A DNA stretch of 56,544 bases, counting the filler, from Sphacelaria rigidula (lineage: Eukaryota), in NCBI GenBank assembly GCA_964200075.2. It is 6 parts of 6 records of this genome, joined end to end, with 100 filler letters (N's around TTAATTAATTAA, not from the genome) between each part and the next. Parts side by side here need not be neighbours in the genome. Positions count along the whole stretch, not along the records: positions 18,883 to 28,223 come from CAXNAA020008713.1; positions 28,324 to 37,664 come from CAXNAA020008714.1; 4 more parts are not named here. One strand, given 5' to 3'. This document shows positions 24,901 through 37,764 of this stretch, one piece after another. Under the pieces are notes generated by a model. That model was given only the letters and a program-made list of their open reading frames with translations, was not told the origin of the DNA and ran no database searches. The stretch's first letter is position 1. Each line of letters opens with the position of its first letter. The translations under genes were made by a program, and so were the position numbers.

Positions 24901-27116
24901 TGTTGCACGCACGGCACAATTCGACGACTCTTGACCTGAATACGGCCATTTTCGGGCCGACTGATTTTTTTGCGGCCGTTCGGTTGCATAGTTCAACAAC
25001 GAGCTTGAAAACCAGACAGATATGCTTTCAACTAAAAAACAGCCGATAAATCGAAAAATACACCGAAACCAAGGTTGGACACGGGATGGGCTCGTACAAA
25101 CATAACTGACCAGACGTATGGGACAGAGGAAGTATATACATACGTGTGTATGCTCAGTCAAGTGGTTGGGACCTCTGCACGCCGTTCGGGAGAGCCTTCA
25201 CAGAAAAAAAAACTCAAACGACAGACCTGAGAAACTTTACCCCAACTGAAGAGTTTGTGGGCTAGACCGTGTGTTGTGGTGTGTGTTGTCGTCCCATTTA
25301 TTCTGGACGCTGGTCTACACCTTTCGGTATATGTGGGCGCACCAGCCGGGGTCACACAGGAAGAAGGCCAACACACAAGTTTTTTCCTTTGTATTTGTTT
25401 TTAGTTCTCCACCCCCTACTCTTGCGGTGCTTGCCTTTATTTTTTATCGCGAAAGGGGTTCAGCAGTCCCTTTCCCTCGTCGACCATCAAGTCGAATTTT
25501 GTGTACCCACGACATAGTCGCTCTCCACTGTTGGACATTGTGAGAAAAAATCCCAGATCGCTCTGATATTTGAACCCACCAACCGTCAGAAGGTTTCGAG
25601 GTTACCAACTGGAGGTGGGTTTACCACTCGGTAGTTGACAGATAGTTCTCGGAAAGTTATGGTTTGTGCAGGTGCTGGTGCATTTCGAATAACACCAACA
25701 CTAACCCTAACCCCAACCCCAACGAAGACATACCGAGAACCCTCGGGCAAGGGGTTTGCAGCGTGTCCCCTGGGCGAAGTGTGCGTTGCCAGACCCTCAA
25801 ATCGGCGCCCCAGGCGCTGATTTAGACAAAAACGCGTTCTGCGCACGCTAGGAGCACGCCAGGAGCATAGCCACCTCCAAATATCCGGATTTCGGTCTTC
25901 ACACTAAAATCCAATACTGCACCTGTCCACTACCGAGTGGTAAACTCTACTGACCAACTGAGCCACCGGGGCGACCGACTCTCCTAGTTGCAATTATACA
26001 TTTATTCCTAATCGCAGGGGGGAGGCAATTATACATTTATTCCTAATCGCAGGGGGGAGGGGAGGGGGTGCGAGAGATACGCCACTCCTTGATGAAATGT
26101 CGAATGTTTCTCTTGCGACGTGAGCCATGTATTATTTTGCTGGGTTCGAGGCTGTTTTTCGATACTCCGGACCTTTACATACACGTCCAAACAAGAGCGA
26201 GAATAGGATAATCGATTCATCAATCCCTCCATCAATCAACCAAACCATCCCTCACTCACTCAACTCCCCCCCCGCGCTCCTGGGTCACGCTCGGCAGGTA
26301 TGGAAATTTCTCGGAAATTTCTAATGTCGAATAGCTCTAACCTTAGCCGTCACCCCAACGAAGGCATACCCAGGATCCTCGGTCAAGGGGGGTGCAACGT
26401 GTTCCTCGGGAAAAGTGCGCGTTGCGAGACGCCGATTTAGACGAAAACGCCTTCTGCGCACGCTGGGAGCACAGCCCCCATCAAAGATCCGGATTTCGGT
26501 GTCCACACTGAAACCAAGTCGGAAAGTATTATGCCGACAAAGTAGTAAACTCTACTTGATCTTCCTCGTTCAGGAGTTACACGGGAATATGGGTCAGGAC
26601 ATCCCCTTTTCGAATGCCAACCGTGGTGTGCTCTCACATACTTCAGATGTTTTTTTATGGAAAAGACCGAGGGCTCCCAGCCATCCGAACTCAAGAGAAT
26701 ATTTGTACACCCCTAGCGTAGCTGCCCCCCCTCCCCCGGGCATCATACCTACTCTCTTTACAGAGAATTCTGGAATGCACATATCACATGTTCAAGAGTC
26801 GAAAAAACCCCGTAAATCCACGTACCCTCATGTTCACGACAAATAGCGCAGTAGGTGCTCTCCTATAAACCTGCAGAAATCAAATGCACCGACCTGGTAT
26901 CCATGGATGCGACGAAACTAGACGACGGTGACGGAGCAGAAGAGCTTTGCGATGCTCGAGGAGTGGGCACCTTCAGGGCGGACCTCCGTCTGACCGGCGT
27001 CGACGGCATCGGGCTAAGCGCGGGTGGAGCGGCGTTGTCGCTTGTCGTTACGTGCGAGTCCGCAGCTTCAGCAACTTCAGCTTGAGCGGTGGTGTGTTTT
27101 GGTGCGAGTTTTACAT
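21971..27116 (-). CDS. Hypothetical low-complexity S/A/G-rich protein, 5'-partial; exons 27116-26894, 24216-24011, 23286-21971
   Basis: GC-rich open frames with GT-AG sites whose phases agree (AG|G phase 2, G|GT phase 1); 1.3-kb last exon; no recognisable domain. Confidence 0.65.
25270..25978 (-). mobile_element. tRNA-derived SINE, full length, interrupted in its head by a MITE
   Basis: Minus-strand head GGTCGCCCCGGTGGCTCAGTTGGT (A box) ... GGTTCAAAT (B box), ~300-nt body, CA-rich tail; other copies in contigs 1 and 6. Confidence 0.8.
25612..25952. mobile_element. hAT-type MITE (341 bp)
   Basis: TIR core GTTTACCACTCGGTAGT(T/G)GACAG; 8-bp TSD ACCAACTG at 25604-25611 and 25953-25960. Confidence 0.85.
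26320..26557. mobile_element. Partial second copy of the 341-bp MITE
   Basis: Similar to 25680-25952, ends GTAAACTCTACT. Confidence 0.7.
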
Positions 27117-28223
27117 CTGGCGGACGGGGGATGGGGGGATCACGAGACCGCCCAGCACAGAGAGTAAACATTTGATTGTGGCTTTGTGAGGGTACACGAT
27201 ACTTGTACAAATATATTTAACCGCAGCACCTGCAAGTCTCCAACACGTTTTATGGCGTCAACGTACTTCCATATATAAGTTGCAGTTTCTTCAACTGCTT
27301 TGGCAACGAGCAGAGGTCATCTGATGAATCAGCATCAATTCCACTTTAAAAATGAGCTCATGACCAGATGACCCACCTACCCTCGCGGTCAAAGGGTCAA
27401 AAGGGTGGGCGAACAAATATCAATATCGGGTCAATCAATGGCAACAAAATCAATAAAACCTGCGTGGTGAACGGGGGAGGGGCGAACGGACGTTGCTGAA
27501 ACGCGTGGGGGGGGTGAAGGGGGTAGGTCGGGACCACACAGAACAACAAAACAAGGAATGTCTTCCACGCGATGAGAGATTTCCGACATTCAGCACCAAC
27601 CGGTCGACGTGCCTGAGAGACGTTGTTCATTTGATCCGAACGAGAGTTTCGACGGTCTGTAGTGAAAAAGCTGCAGCGCGCAAGCAACGATGGGAACACT
27701 CACCCATAAATCATCATCATCATCATCATTGTCCTCTCCGTCTTGCCGCCTTCTCATCATCGTGGGATTCAGAATTGTCTTATTGGGAATCACACAATAA
27801 TAATGGAGCTTGACGAATAGACACTCGAGATGATGAATGAGCCTTCAACGCTGACGATATGCAAATAATTCTTGTGAGAACCACATAAAAGGCACATATT
27901 CCCGCAAGTGTTTGTCAAGAAATCACTTTCTCACACTGCCGACACCATGAGATAGCTCGTACGCTTCACGAACAGAAGGTCCCAGGTTTCAATCTCAGAT
28001 CTTACCAGAATGGTGGGAGTCAAAGAAAATATGTTGGATATCCTCTGAAGCAGAGTTCAAAACTCAAGGAAAATCTCCTGCGGCGATTATTGGTTGGATA
28101 ACCCAACTCAATACACGGAAAAGATGTGTGAACTAAAAGGCAAAATTCCAACCGCTAGTCGGCGTAAAAGGTTACTCCTACAAAACCTCCGTTATGGGTG
28201 GGTGGGTGGGTGGGTGGGGGGGG

Positions 28224-28323
28224 NNNNNNNNNNNNNNNNNNNNNNNNNNNNNNNNNNNNNNNNNNNNTTAATTAATTAANNNNNNNNNNNNNNNNNNNNN
28301 NNNNNNNNNNNNNNNNNNNNNNN
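28224..28323. other. Artificial contig linker
   Basis: N44-TTAATTAATTAA-N44. Confidence 0.97.
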
Positions 28324-28830
28324 TTTCGCCGGACCAGGTTCGCACCCAATCATCAAGCGCGAAGCCCCGTGGTGTGTTCGGCGAGTCGCATGAAGGATGA
28401 GCTGCACCCTGCTAAGATTGTTCGGCCCTAAGCCTACTGATTATCTTGCATTTGAATGACAGCCTCCAATGAGTTGCTTCATTATCTGTTATCGCCACTT
28501 CTAGAGACAGGCTTATACGCTGCCTCATGGATGTCTCACCATTTAAACACCACGAAGTGCGATCATTCCCATTGTGCGGAGTTGAGGTTCTCCAACGCCG
28601 CACAACATGATCTAGCTCGACCACCATCATGGTTACCGCAAAAAAAACGCAAGTGCGCAATCGGTAACCTAGTTGCCTAGCTTACGTAGTGAGAGGCGTG
28701 TTTTATAGCGTCATCGCCAACTGACGCCAACCCCATCGGGGGTCCGCCCCTACAAAGCCGGGACGGAGCACGCCGGGTTCTCGCCGGACCAGGCTGAAGG
28801 GGGTGGGGGGGGCTCTTCCCCCTGGGCCAG
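28324..28830 (+). repeat. ~520-bp non-autonomous repeat family; copies also at ~30165-30240, ~32300-32830, ~36205-36660, ~37305-37560
   Basis: Shared blocks GTACTCATGATCTTGCATGCCATAG, TTTCGCCGGACCAGG, GGCGAGTCGCATGA, CTGATTATCTTGCAT. Confidence 0.8.
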
Positions 28831-29250
28831 GGACCTTCATCACATGGAGCAGTAGTACCCTCTTGATTCGCTTGAATAACATGATACATGACATTGATGC
28901 AACAGCCCACTAACCCGAACGTTAAAGTTCAAACAACGAAAATCGAGTCATAAATTGATCCACGTATGTTGAGAGGCCGAGATCCGACCTCTGCACAGTC
29001 ACCGACATTTACACAAAATACTTCGACCGGGTGATTTTCGTTACGCAACTCGGGCCACCCCTATTCTACTCTGTAATGAACGTGGGGAGGCACGTGTGGA
29101 CATCTATGGGCACCGAAAGAGGGTGGCCCGGATCCCGACGTTCCCACAGCAGCTGACGCTACAACTCAAATGGTGACTTCGGAAATCTGAGATTTTGCGA
29201 CAGTGAGCACTCCAACAAAAGCTGCATTCAAGATAGGTGACAAACAAGTA

Positions 29251-29890
29251 CTCCCTCTGACCGAGAATATAACCAAGATTTCGACAAAAAGCGGTCTAAC
29301 TCGGGTATGCAGAACTCTTTTTCCGAACAGTTTTTTTTGTTCGTTCCGCCGCGCTGGCGGGCAGCGCGCAGAACTGCTGCTTTTTTCAAACGACATAAAA
29401 AAAGTGTGTTCCATTCCAGCAGGCGGCGCCCGATTTCACCACCCCAACTTTGAAGCTCCGGTCAAACGCCTTCCCATCTGCTGGTGGGACATGTCCGCTG
29501 CTGAGAGTGCCTCTCAGGGGGCAGAAACGCAAGACTTTCAACGTTTCGGAGAGAGAAGAGATGGTTCGCTATCTGCTCGCCGGCAGTCAGGAAGGGGTTA
29601 CGTCGCTGGGTACAATCACGCCAGATTTCCGCCATTTCCCCGATCAGGGGATGGTAACGCACCACCCCCCTCCTCATCGAGCGGATTTTTTATTCGCTCT
29701 CCAATGTGATACGTGATCGTATACAAAGTTGTCCGACGTCCACCGTGCCCAAATGGCACCCTTCTCCCAATATCATAGAAACTTTGCTTATATTGCCGGA
29801 AATCCAAATCTTGCTTATATTCTCGGTCAGAGAAACTTTGCTTATATTGCCGGAAATCCAAATCTTGCTTATATTCTCGGTCAGAGGGAG
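29251..29890. mobile_element. Stowaway-like MITE (640 bp)
   Basis: TIR CTCCCTCTGACCGAGAATATAA, TA on both sides; 54-bp tandem duplication of the right sub-terminal region at 29777-29884. Confidence 0.85.
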
Positions 29891-30768
29891 TATATGTTTC
29901 CGCAAACAATCTTCAGGTTCTAACTATTGCTCGTTTTTTTTTTGGAGATATCTGCCCTTGCCGTACCCTAAACGAGGTGTGATGGAACCCAAGTTCACTT
30001 TGCTCACTCGCACTGTAATAGTTACTTACTTGCAGGGCGGGGGGGTAAGGTAATGTGGCCCATGCACGACATGTTGAGCAACTTTTGCTGTAATGGACAA
30101 ATGCGCAGTGCCCAAAATGACTGTTTTCGACTCCTGGGTCACTTGACAACAATAAAGCCACCTTTGAGGGAGGTGCACTCATCATCTCGCATGCCATAGC
30201 CATATGACCATTGACCTCGCATCCCTACAAAGACGGGGGGGAGGGCACGGGTTCACCTTCGTGTGGGGGGATAGCTACGGGATCAGAAATTACTGAAAAT
30301 GGGCGATACCGTTCACGGTTTGGACGAATTATCACGACTCAGCATCACCAAACTCGCGATTTATTCGGCCTGATTGCCCAACAGGGAGAAAAAAGTTGAT
30401 CGCTGGTCCAAGGGGTATCCACAAAACTTTTGCGACCTTCCACGTGTCTGGGCTGCGTGTACCTAGGTTGCAACGCTGAAATGAAGCCTAGGGACTGATT
30501 CGTCACGAGTCGACTCATGACACTAAAACCAAGTAACTTCCAGACGAATCATTATTTGTCCGACCTTGATACCTTTGTAAACCCACCACACCTTCACCGC
30601 TTTTCCATCCTCGTCGTTTGTTTCCCTCCCTGCAGACGTCGAACCCAACTACTCATACACGTGTCCCTCCCGCAGAAACAAAAGCGCGTGCTTTTTTCCC
30701 CACATAAAAGACATCATCAGTCAGGCACATCGCTCAGGCCCGCGGTCAAGATAAAAACGCCGACTTAC

Positions 30769-33700
30769 CCTCTGGGTGAGTTGTGCCACCTCTGTGTTGG
30801 ATAACACGTCCCACAAGCCGTCGCTCGCCAGCACGAGAAATGGTTCGTCGTGATTGACACCTGCCTCAAAACAGACCACGATCGTGCCAGCCATCAAGAC
30901 CACAACAATAACGGATAATGACGGATAACAAAAGCGTCAGGATCCAACAACGACAGCGATGGCGACGATCAGCGGGTGCCCATGTGTCAACAGGTGGAAG
31001 TCAGGGGACAACGACGGGGCACGGGAGTGCTCCAGCGTCTTCCCTCAAGAAGATGTCTACACGTCAGCGTTGAGCTGGCAGCACCAGCTGTTTGTTGCCG
31101 AAATTAAGTTCATGACCCCAGGCTATTCGGTGAAAAAAAAAGTCTCACCATCCTCGGGGGGCGCGTAGATAGCGGCCAGCTTGAGCTCTGGATGTGGAGA
31201 CACGATGTCTCCCAAGGCCTGCTTGCAGTCCAGGTCGCCGATTGTTCTTGTTGGCATCAAGCACCCGGCCACCTGTCGTTCCAGCGGGGTACTCAAGAGT
31301 AAGAACCGGTCAATTCGGACCACACTTCCGGCAACGAATAGGAAGTAGTGGAGGAGAGGCTGAAAAAAAAAACACCAAAAACTCTCGTGAGTAATAGCGT
31401 GGGCCATTTGTTGTGGCCATGGCGGTGCTATGGCACGCATCCAGACTGAAAGGGCAGTTTTCATCCTTGACATGGTACAGCGTAACAAGTCGAGCCCCTG
31501 CATGCCTTGGGCTGTCGACGAGGGTGTCGGCAAAGACGCCTACAGTAGTGGGCGGTCTAACTATTCATTTTTTGGCATTTTGTGATTTTTCGTAATTGGC
31601 GATTTTCTTGGGCTCTTTTCGCTTGCCACCGCTTATCACATCAGGGATTTGGAGATATTCGTATCCGCTCCACATTCCAAGAAGAAAAAATCATCTGTAC
31701 TCAATACTGAGTAACTTACGGGCTGACCGGTCATCGGGGGTCCTGCCACGTTTCAGCCCAGATTCTTACTCTTCTGTATTTTCGGTCGATCGAGCCCGTC
31801 CTAATCATATTTGTAAAGAGATGCACAGATCCATTTTTTTTATTCTACCTACTCGTTGCACTAGGGCCGAAAAACTGTGCTTCATGGTCAATAACACCCT
31901 CCTGATGAACGGGGTATTTACTCGTTTCGCCCGATAACACCAACATACAGTGACTTGGGCACTATGTTTCGAGGATGATCTACTGTTAGTGACGCTAGCA
32001 ATTTCGACTTCCATCGAAGAGTAGTACGCCAGGAAAATCCCCAAAAACTCCTCAATAGTTAGACCGCCCACTACTGTAGGTCATTCGTCATTGCTGGTAG
32101 AATCGCACCATGATAATCATCGCCATCAACAAAATGACGCATTTGCCATTGTATACACAGTCATTTCTTGCTGTCGTTCCTTTCCTATGCGCGCAGTGTT
32201 CGCTCCTGCAAAATGAAAATCAATAACAAATGGTTGGTGGTCCGACGGTCATATAACCTTGACGTCGGTATAGTCAACTAATACGCACGTTTTCAATGAG
32301 GGAGGGTGTACTCATGATCTTGCATGCCATAGTCACGGAGACCATTGACATCGCATCCCTACAACAGCGGGACGATGCACGCCGGGTTTTCGCCTGACCA
32401 GGCTCGCAATCACCAAGCGCGAAGCGCCGCTATGCGTTCGGCGAGTTGAACGACGGGTTAGCTGCATCCTGCCAAGATTGTCAAGCTCGAAGCGTTCTGA
32501 TTATCTTGCATACGGATGATGGCCTCCAATGAGTTGCTTCATTTTCTAGTATCGCCGATTCCAGAGACGACTACGGTTAACACATTGTCTCATGCGCGTC
32601 TCACCACATGAACACTACGTGGTACGATCATCCCCTTTGCACGGAGTTTGACTTCTCCAACCCGCACATTATATGATATAACTCGACCACTATCATGGTT
32701 ACTGCAAAAAAAGCGCAAGCGCGCGAGAAAAATCGTTAACCTGGTTGCCTAGCTTACGCGGTGAGTGGTGTGTTTTACAGCGTCGTTGCCAAGCGATGCC
32801 AGCACTCGAAGGGGGGCTAACCGGACCGACAATCGATTGGTTGGGGCTTTCGACCTCCCCAAATATCTGTGTTTACGTACGACTCTCGTCAGATTCGAAA
32901 GAAGACGTTTATATACAACCCAACACCCCAACGGAAGTTCACGAGCCCTCCCTGCAAAAACGACAAATGTGAGAGGACTGTCAAAGTATATTCCGTGCCT
33001 GATACGAGACACAATTTGGAGACTCGGTGTCGGGGGAGATGGGGATACTTTCTCTCCGGAGAGTGAGAACTCGTCCCGAGCAAGAGAAGGGGAGGTGCGA
33101 GTTCAACGAACGACCGGCGTTGGACTGGGGGTGTGTACACTTCACGAACCGGCTTACCCGGTTGTTGACGATGGTGCCCCCCATGTTGAGTATTCGTTCC
33201 ACCTCTCTCGCGTTGGACGTTGAGTGCTGGGGGCACAAAAGATGCCTTTTCCCCTCATGGTCCACGTACAGTCCCGCTGATGAAACAGCCATCACCAGTC
33301 AGGGTGCAACGGATTTGGAGGGGAGGGGGGGGTCAAAACGGTGCTCTCTAGTATAGTGCTGTCGCCACCCGCTCCGTTCAGCCATCGTTTGTTTTGGGAA
33401 GAACCAAGTGCCTCTTGTGGAAAATAACAATAAAAAAGCCTCCGTGGGTTTAAGGGGTGCGAGGGAATGGTTCAAATGGTGCTGTGTACGGAGCTTCCGT
33501 CAAAAGGTGCAAGTGAGTGCATTGTCCTATCCCCGCGCGCTATTCCGTCATTGGTCGTCGAGGAGAAAGAATCCCCCTCCCCTGTGGAAAACGACAGGAA
33601 AAGAAGTACATGTACACATGTACCGTTGTGGTAGTTTCTGTTCCGCTGACAGCATAGGAAGCATAGGAAAGGAAGAGCATCAGCGGAAGGGGCGCATGCA

Positions 33701-35412
33701 TGTTTGCTAGGATAATCACGCATGTGCATAGTCCTCCGGATTGCCGACGACGCTGCTATCAACACATGCTCCGGGTAGACTGTAACGCGTAGCATAGCTC
33801 ACCCGAGTCACCTACGCCAGCCATGACCAAAATGCCATCCTGGAAGGTGCTAAGGATCGCAGTTGATCCGCTCAAGTCTCCGGACGTCCGCGCCCACTCG
33901 TTGTGCACCTGTCGTATACACAAAAAGAGCATTGTATTTTACACGGTAGCCAATACGAGGCGTGTAAGACAATAATGCACACACACACACACACACACAC
34001 GGACCCCTTGCGGTTGTTCTCGTGACGAAAACTGAAAACGCCTTTTTCAAAGCAAACAGTCAACCCTTTCGGGAGCATGCATGCAAGACCGTACATCACC
34101 AAGCCCGCCAGTAAATGAAGAAGAAAGAGCTCACATAAACAAACACGGTCGGGGCTATTCCATTACGCCCAACATGTACCAGACCGTTGGCGTAAAAATA
34201 TCTCGGTTTCAGCATGGTGCCGTGCACCAACTCAACACTCGCCCCCTCCCCTCCGTCTTCATCCCCGCGGAGGCATTTGCCCGCAGCTAAAATTTCCCCG
34301 AATGTGTCACCGTCAAGGGGTTGACGACTCTCCTCCTCCCCCCCCCCAAAAAAAAAATGGCTGAGATGTATGCGTCACGCTCATAAGTACATGGTCTGCT
34401 CCTAGTATAACCCATTTCTTCTCGTTCGTTGCGCTTTCCATCAAGTTTTCTTCAACGAACGTTTCCGTCCTGTAGTCACGTCTTGGAGCACTGTCTGTCC
34501 TGTGACCCCGGCCAAAATCGTTGCGGATCCGTGTATGCCGATGTGATACAAAATCAATCAAAATCGCTTGCTCGCGAAAATACGCCCCCGACTATACAGT
34601 AGTACCAACGCGCACCTCCTCCAACTGTGTGAAGCTGTCGGCTGTGGCGCGTGCGCGCCGCTCGAACGGCGCCAGATCTTCATCGTACAGAACGGGACTG
34701 TGTGCTAGCACAGTCGATACGCTGTTTTTCAAAAACTGAAATGAACAGCGTGACCGAACGGAGATGGGGGCGGGGAGAAAGTATCAAATGCTGTCACCTC
34801 GAACGCAATACAAACGAAAAATCATTTGTAGCTCTCGCCCAAGCGCCATCATCGAACGTTTACCGGAATGGGGGACATTTTGGTTGTTGGCAAACCAAAC
34901 TATACCGGAATGAGTACAGAACACTCGGCTATCGCTTGGAAGGGTATCGATCCCTGTTCCGAACACTCAGACATGGTTCGGAAGGGACGTTGCCGATTAG
35001 AATACCTCTTGGATGCTCATTCGAGTACCCGAATTTCAGTCGATATACTCGTTCTCGTATTCACACAGGGTAGGTACAGTTCGTCAAATCCGAGGCATAC
35101 AGATTCCTTCGGATGAATGCCCTTATGGCGCTGCCGCGACATTTCCCACACCGAGCAGAGAAAGGCTAGGCGAATTCCGTTTCCTAAGAATGAATTTTTC
35201 TACTACCCGAGAGGACACGCGCACTTCCGCGTTTTCCTGTACATGCGGTTTGGCTTTGGAAGGCATCGGTGATTCCGCAAGCACCGACATAAGACACACC
35301 ACACGCGCCGAAACGTAATTTCGCTTTCATGGAGTCAGAGCTCCAGCTGCAAAAATGACGAACCAACCGCGACACAAAAAAACGACAGAAAAATAAAATA
35401 AAATTCAAATAA

Positions 35413-35443
<31 letters not shown>

Positions 35444-37126
35444 AAGAAGAAGAAATAAATCAGGGTGTTCACTTTACACCTCCGCGCAGGCCGAGCCGCC
35501 GTGACCATCGAACACGCCGAACATGGCGAACGGTGTAGTGTCGATGCTGTCGATGTCCAATTCCGCCTTCGTTTCTTCATCGATCGTGGGTACCACTGCC
35601 TGGTGAATCGCAATTCTGTTCATACACGAGCATGGAGGATACGTAGTGACCGCATAGCAAACCAGAAACAGATCCGGGGCATGACAGTGTAACGCGCTCA
35701 CCCTCGAGAGACGGTTTTGGAGCACAATTGACGTCTAAATCGATATAACACGACCAGTCTCTCAGACCCGCGATTAATGCAGAGAATTTTCCCCGCGCCG
35801 ATACACAATCGTGAGGCGATAACACACAAGAGGTGCGCGCTACCGCGGAGGAAAGCAGAGCCATCGAGAAACAGCTATCTGACTGCTAGCACACAACATT
35901 GAGCTGGCGCGGAGAACATACGAGCAAGTCGCGAAATGTGGGGCACCATTTCTTCTCGACACATTTTGGGCGCAGGACTAAACCGTCACACCTCGGAAAA
36001 CAACAACACACGGTCGAAAGAGTGTATTGCGTACAGCATCGACTATTGCGTCTGTTGCAATAAACAATATATTTCCCCACTATGCACTGTACATGTTTGG
36101 ACAATTTAGTCTGTTGTCCAGAGTGTGGTGGATTGCACACAAAACAAACAAGCAAGAAGATAGTCTTGTTTTGGCATGACCAAAAATATGAAGGGGGATA
36201 CCCTCACGTGATGTGTTCGGCGAGTCGCATGAGGGGTGACCTTGATTGATTGATTGATTGTCGCACTTTAACTGACCACCCATGGGTCCAGCCGTGGTTG
36301 CATGATAGACGCTTCTGATTTGCACCCTGAGAAGGTTGTTCGGCCCGAAACGTACTGACTATTTTGAATATGGACGACAGCCTCCAACGAGTTGCTTTGT
36401 TTCCTGGTATCGACACTCCCAGAGACAGCCACGGGCTACACTGCCTCGTGGGAGTCCCACCACTCAAGCACAACGTAGATAATCCATTCTTCGGCGGAGT
36501 TGAGGCCATTCCCACCCTGCACAATATGATCTGACTCGACCACCACCACAATTACCGCAAAAAAAAAAAACGAACACTTGATTATCTAGCTTACGCAGTG
36601 AGTGACGTATATTACAGCATCGTTGCCAACCACCGCCAACCGGTAAAAGGAGAGAGTGGGGGGGGGGGGGAGGGTCCTGACCGATCTTCTGAGGGCGCCT
36701 GGTTGACGATGTGCTTGTAACCAACAGATGTGAAGGTGAAGATATCCTTGATTTGCGCTTTGCTCTTGCCCAAATTCTCCGGCAACTCCAACGACTCCGC
36801 GAACTGCACACGCGGACACACACACACAAACAAAGCACAACAACAGGGTTATTTTTGGAACATCAACACACACAGTCATCGCTTGTCAAAACACACACAC
36901 TTACGCACATGAAGCATGGTTACTTTCGAGTAGAAACACAACACGCATGTTTGTTGTTTAGGGACGAGAAGCACACACGAAGACGAACATCAGGAGGGAA
37001 TAACGGGGTGGACATCGGATGTTATCTCGCCATACACCAAAGTGTCAAGTGCACGAAACACCTCACATCACAATGGAAGATGACGCTTGGTATCTGGCTC
37101 TCTGATCGAGGTCTCGTGTTGGTCAT
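30769..37126 (-). CDS. Protein phosphatase 2C (PPM family), 3'-partial; exons 37126-37067 (tentative), 36803-36682, 35615-35480, 34735-34616, 33908-33803, 33276-33158, 31272-31149, 30860-30769
   Basis: Ordered PP2C motifs EDR, FGVFDGHGG, SGSTA, GVGDS, EVERI..GG, TRTIGD, P.PE, FLVLASDGLWDVLS; all junctions GT-AG with matching phases; last D(N/D) motif exon not found on the contig. Confidence 0.92.
31543..32076. mobile_element. Tc1/mariner-type MITE (534 bp) in a PP2C intron
   Basis: Perfect TIR CAGTAGTGGGCGGTCTAACTATT with flanking TA. Confidence 0.88.
32300..32830 (+). repeat. Near-complete copy of the ~520-bp repeat family
   Basis: Colinear with 28324-28740 and 37320-37560. Confidence 0.75.
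35413..35453. repeat. (AAG)n microsatellite
   Basis: Visible run in a PP2C intron. Confidence 0.95.
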
Positions 37127-37664
37127 GGTTTCCTTTCTCCATCAGGTTCGTTTTCATGTGGTCTACTTGACGTAAAAAAACATGGGATGTGAACGAACTG
37201 GGTTTGAACAAATGCAAGCCCTTTCTAATAACATCGAAATTCATTCTGTCAGGGCTCCGAACTTGACCGGTGAACGCCCTCACTAGTTGGTGCACGAGCT
37301 CACAGTCACGAGATTTGGAGGGAGAGGCGAGCGGGGGGTGTACTCATGATCTTGCATGCCATAGTCATATATATAGCCATTGCCCTTGCTTCGCTACAGA
37401 GCCGAGACGGAGCACGCCGGGATTTCGCCGGACCAGGCCCGCGATCAATCACCAAGCGCGAAGCGCCGTGATGTATTCGGGGAGTCGCATGAAGGGTGGG
37501 CTGCATCCTGCTAAGATTATTCAGCCCGAAGCGTACTGATTATCTTGCATATAGATAGACACCTCCGTTCCCCCTCCTCCGACGAAGGCCATGACCGGTC
37601 TTGTCGGAACGGCGTGGGGAGGGTCTTTTCGGCGGGTGTAGGTCTGGAATCACCCTCAAGGAGT

Positions 37665-37764
37665 NNNNNNNNNNNNNNNNNNNNNNNNNNNNNNNNNNNN
37701 NNNNNNNNTTAATTAATTAANNNNNNNNNNNNNNNNNNNNNNNNNNNNNNNNNNNNNNNNNNNN
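37665..37764. other. Artificial contig linker
   Basis: N44-TTAATTAATTAA-N44. Confidence 0.97.

Noticed and set aside
27590-27793. Possible upstream exon ending DDDDDDLW with a GTGAGT donor
   Set aside because: Phase 0 does not fit the next acceptor (phase 1) and no clear acceptor was found; unresolved
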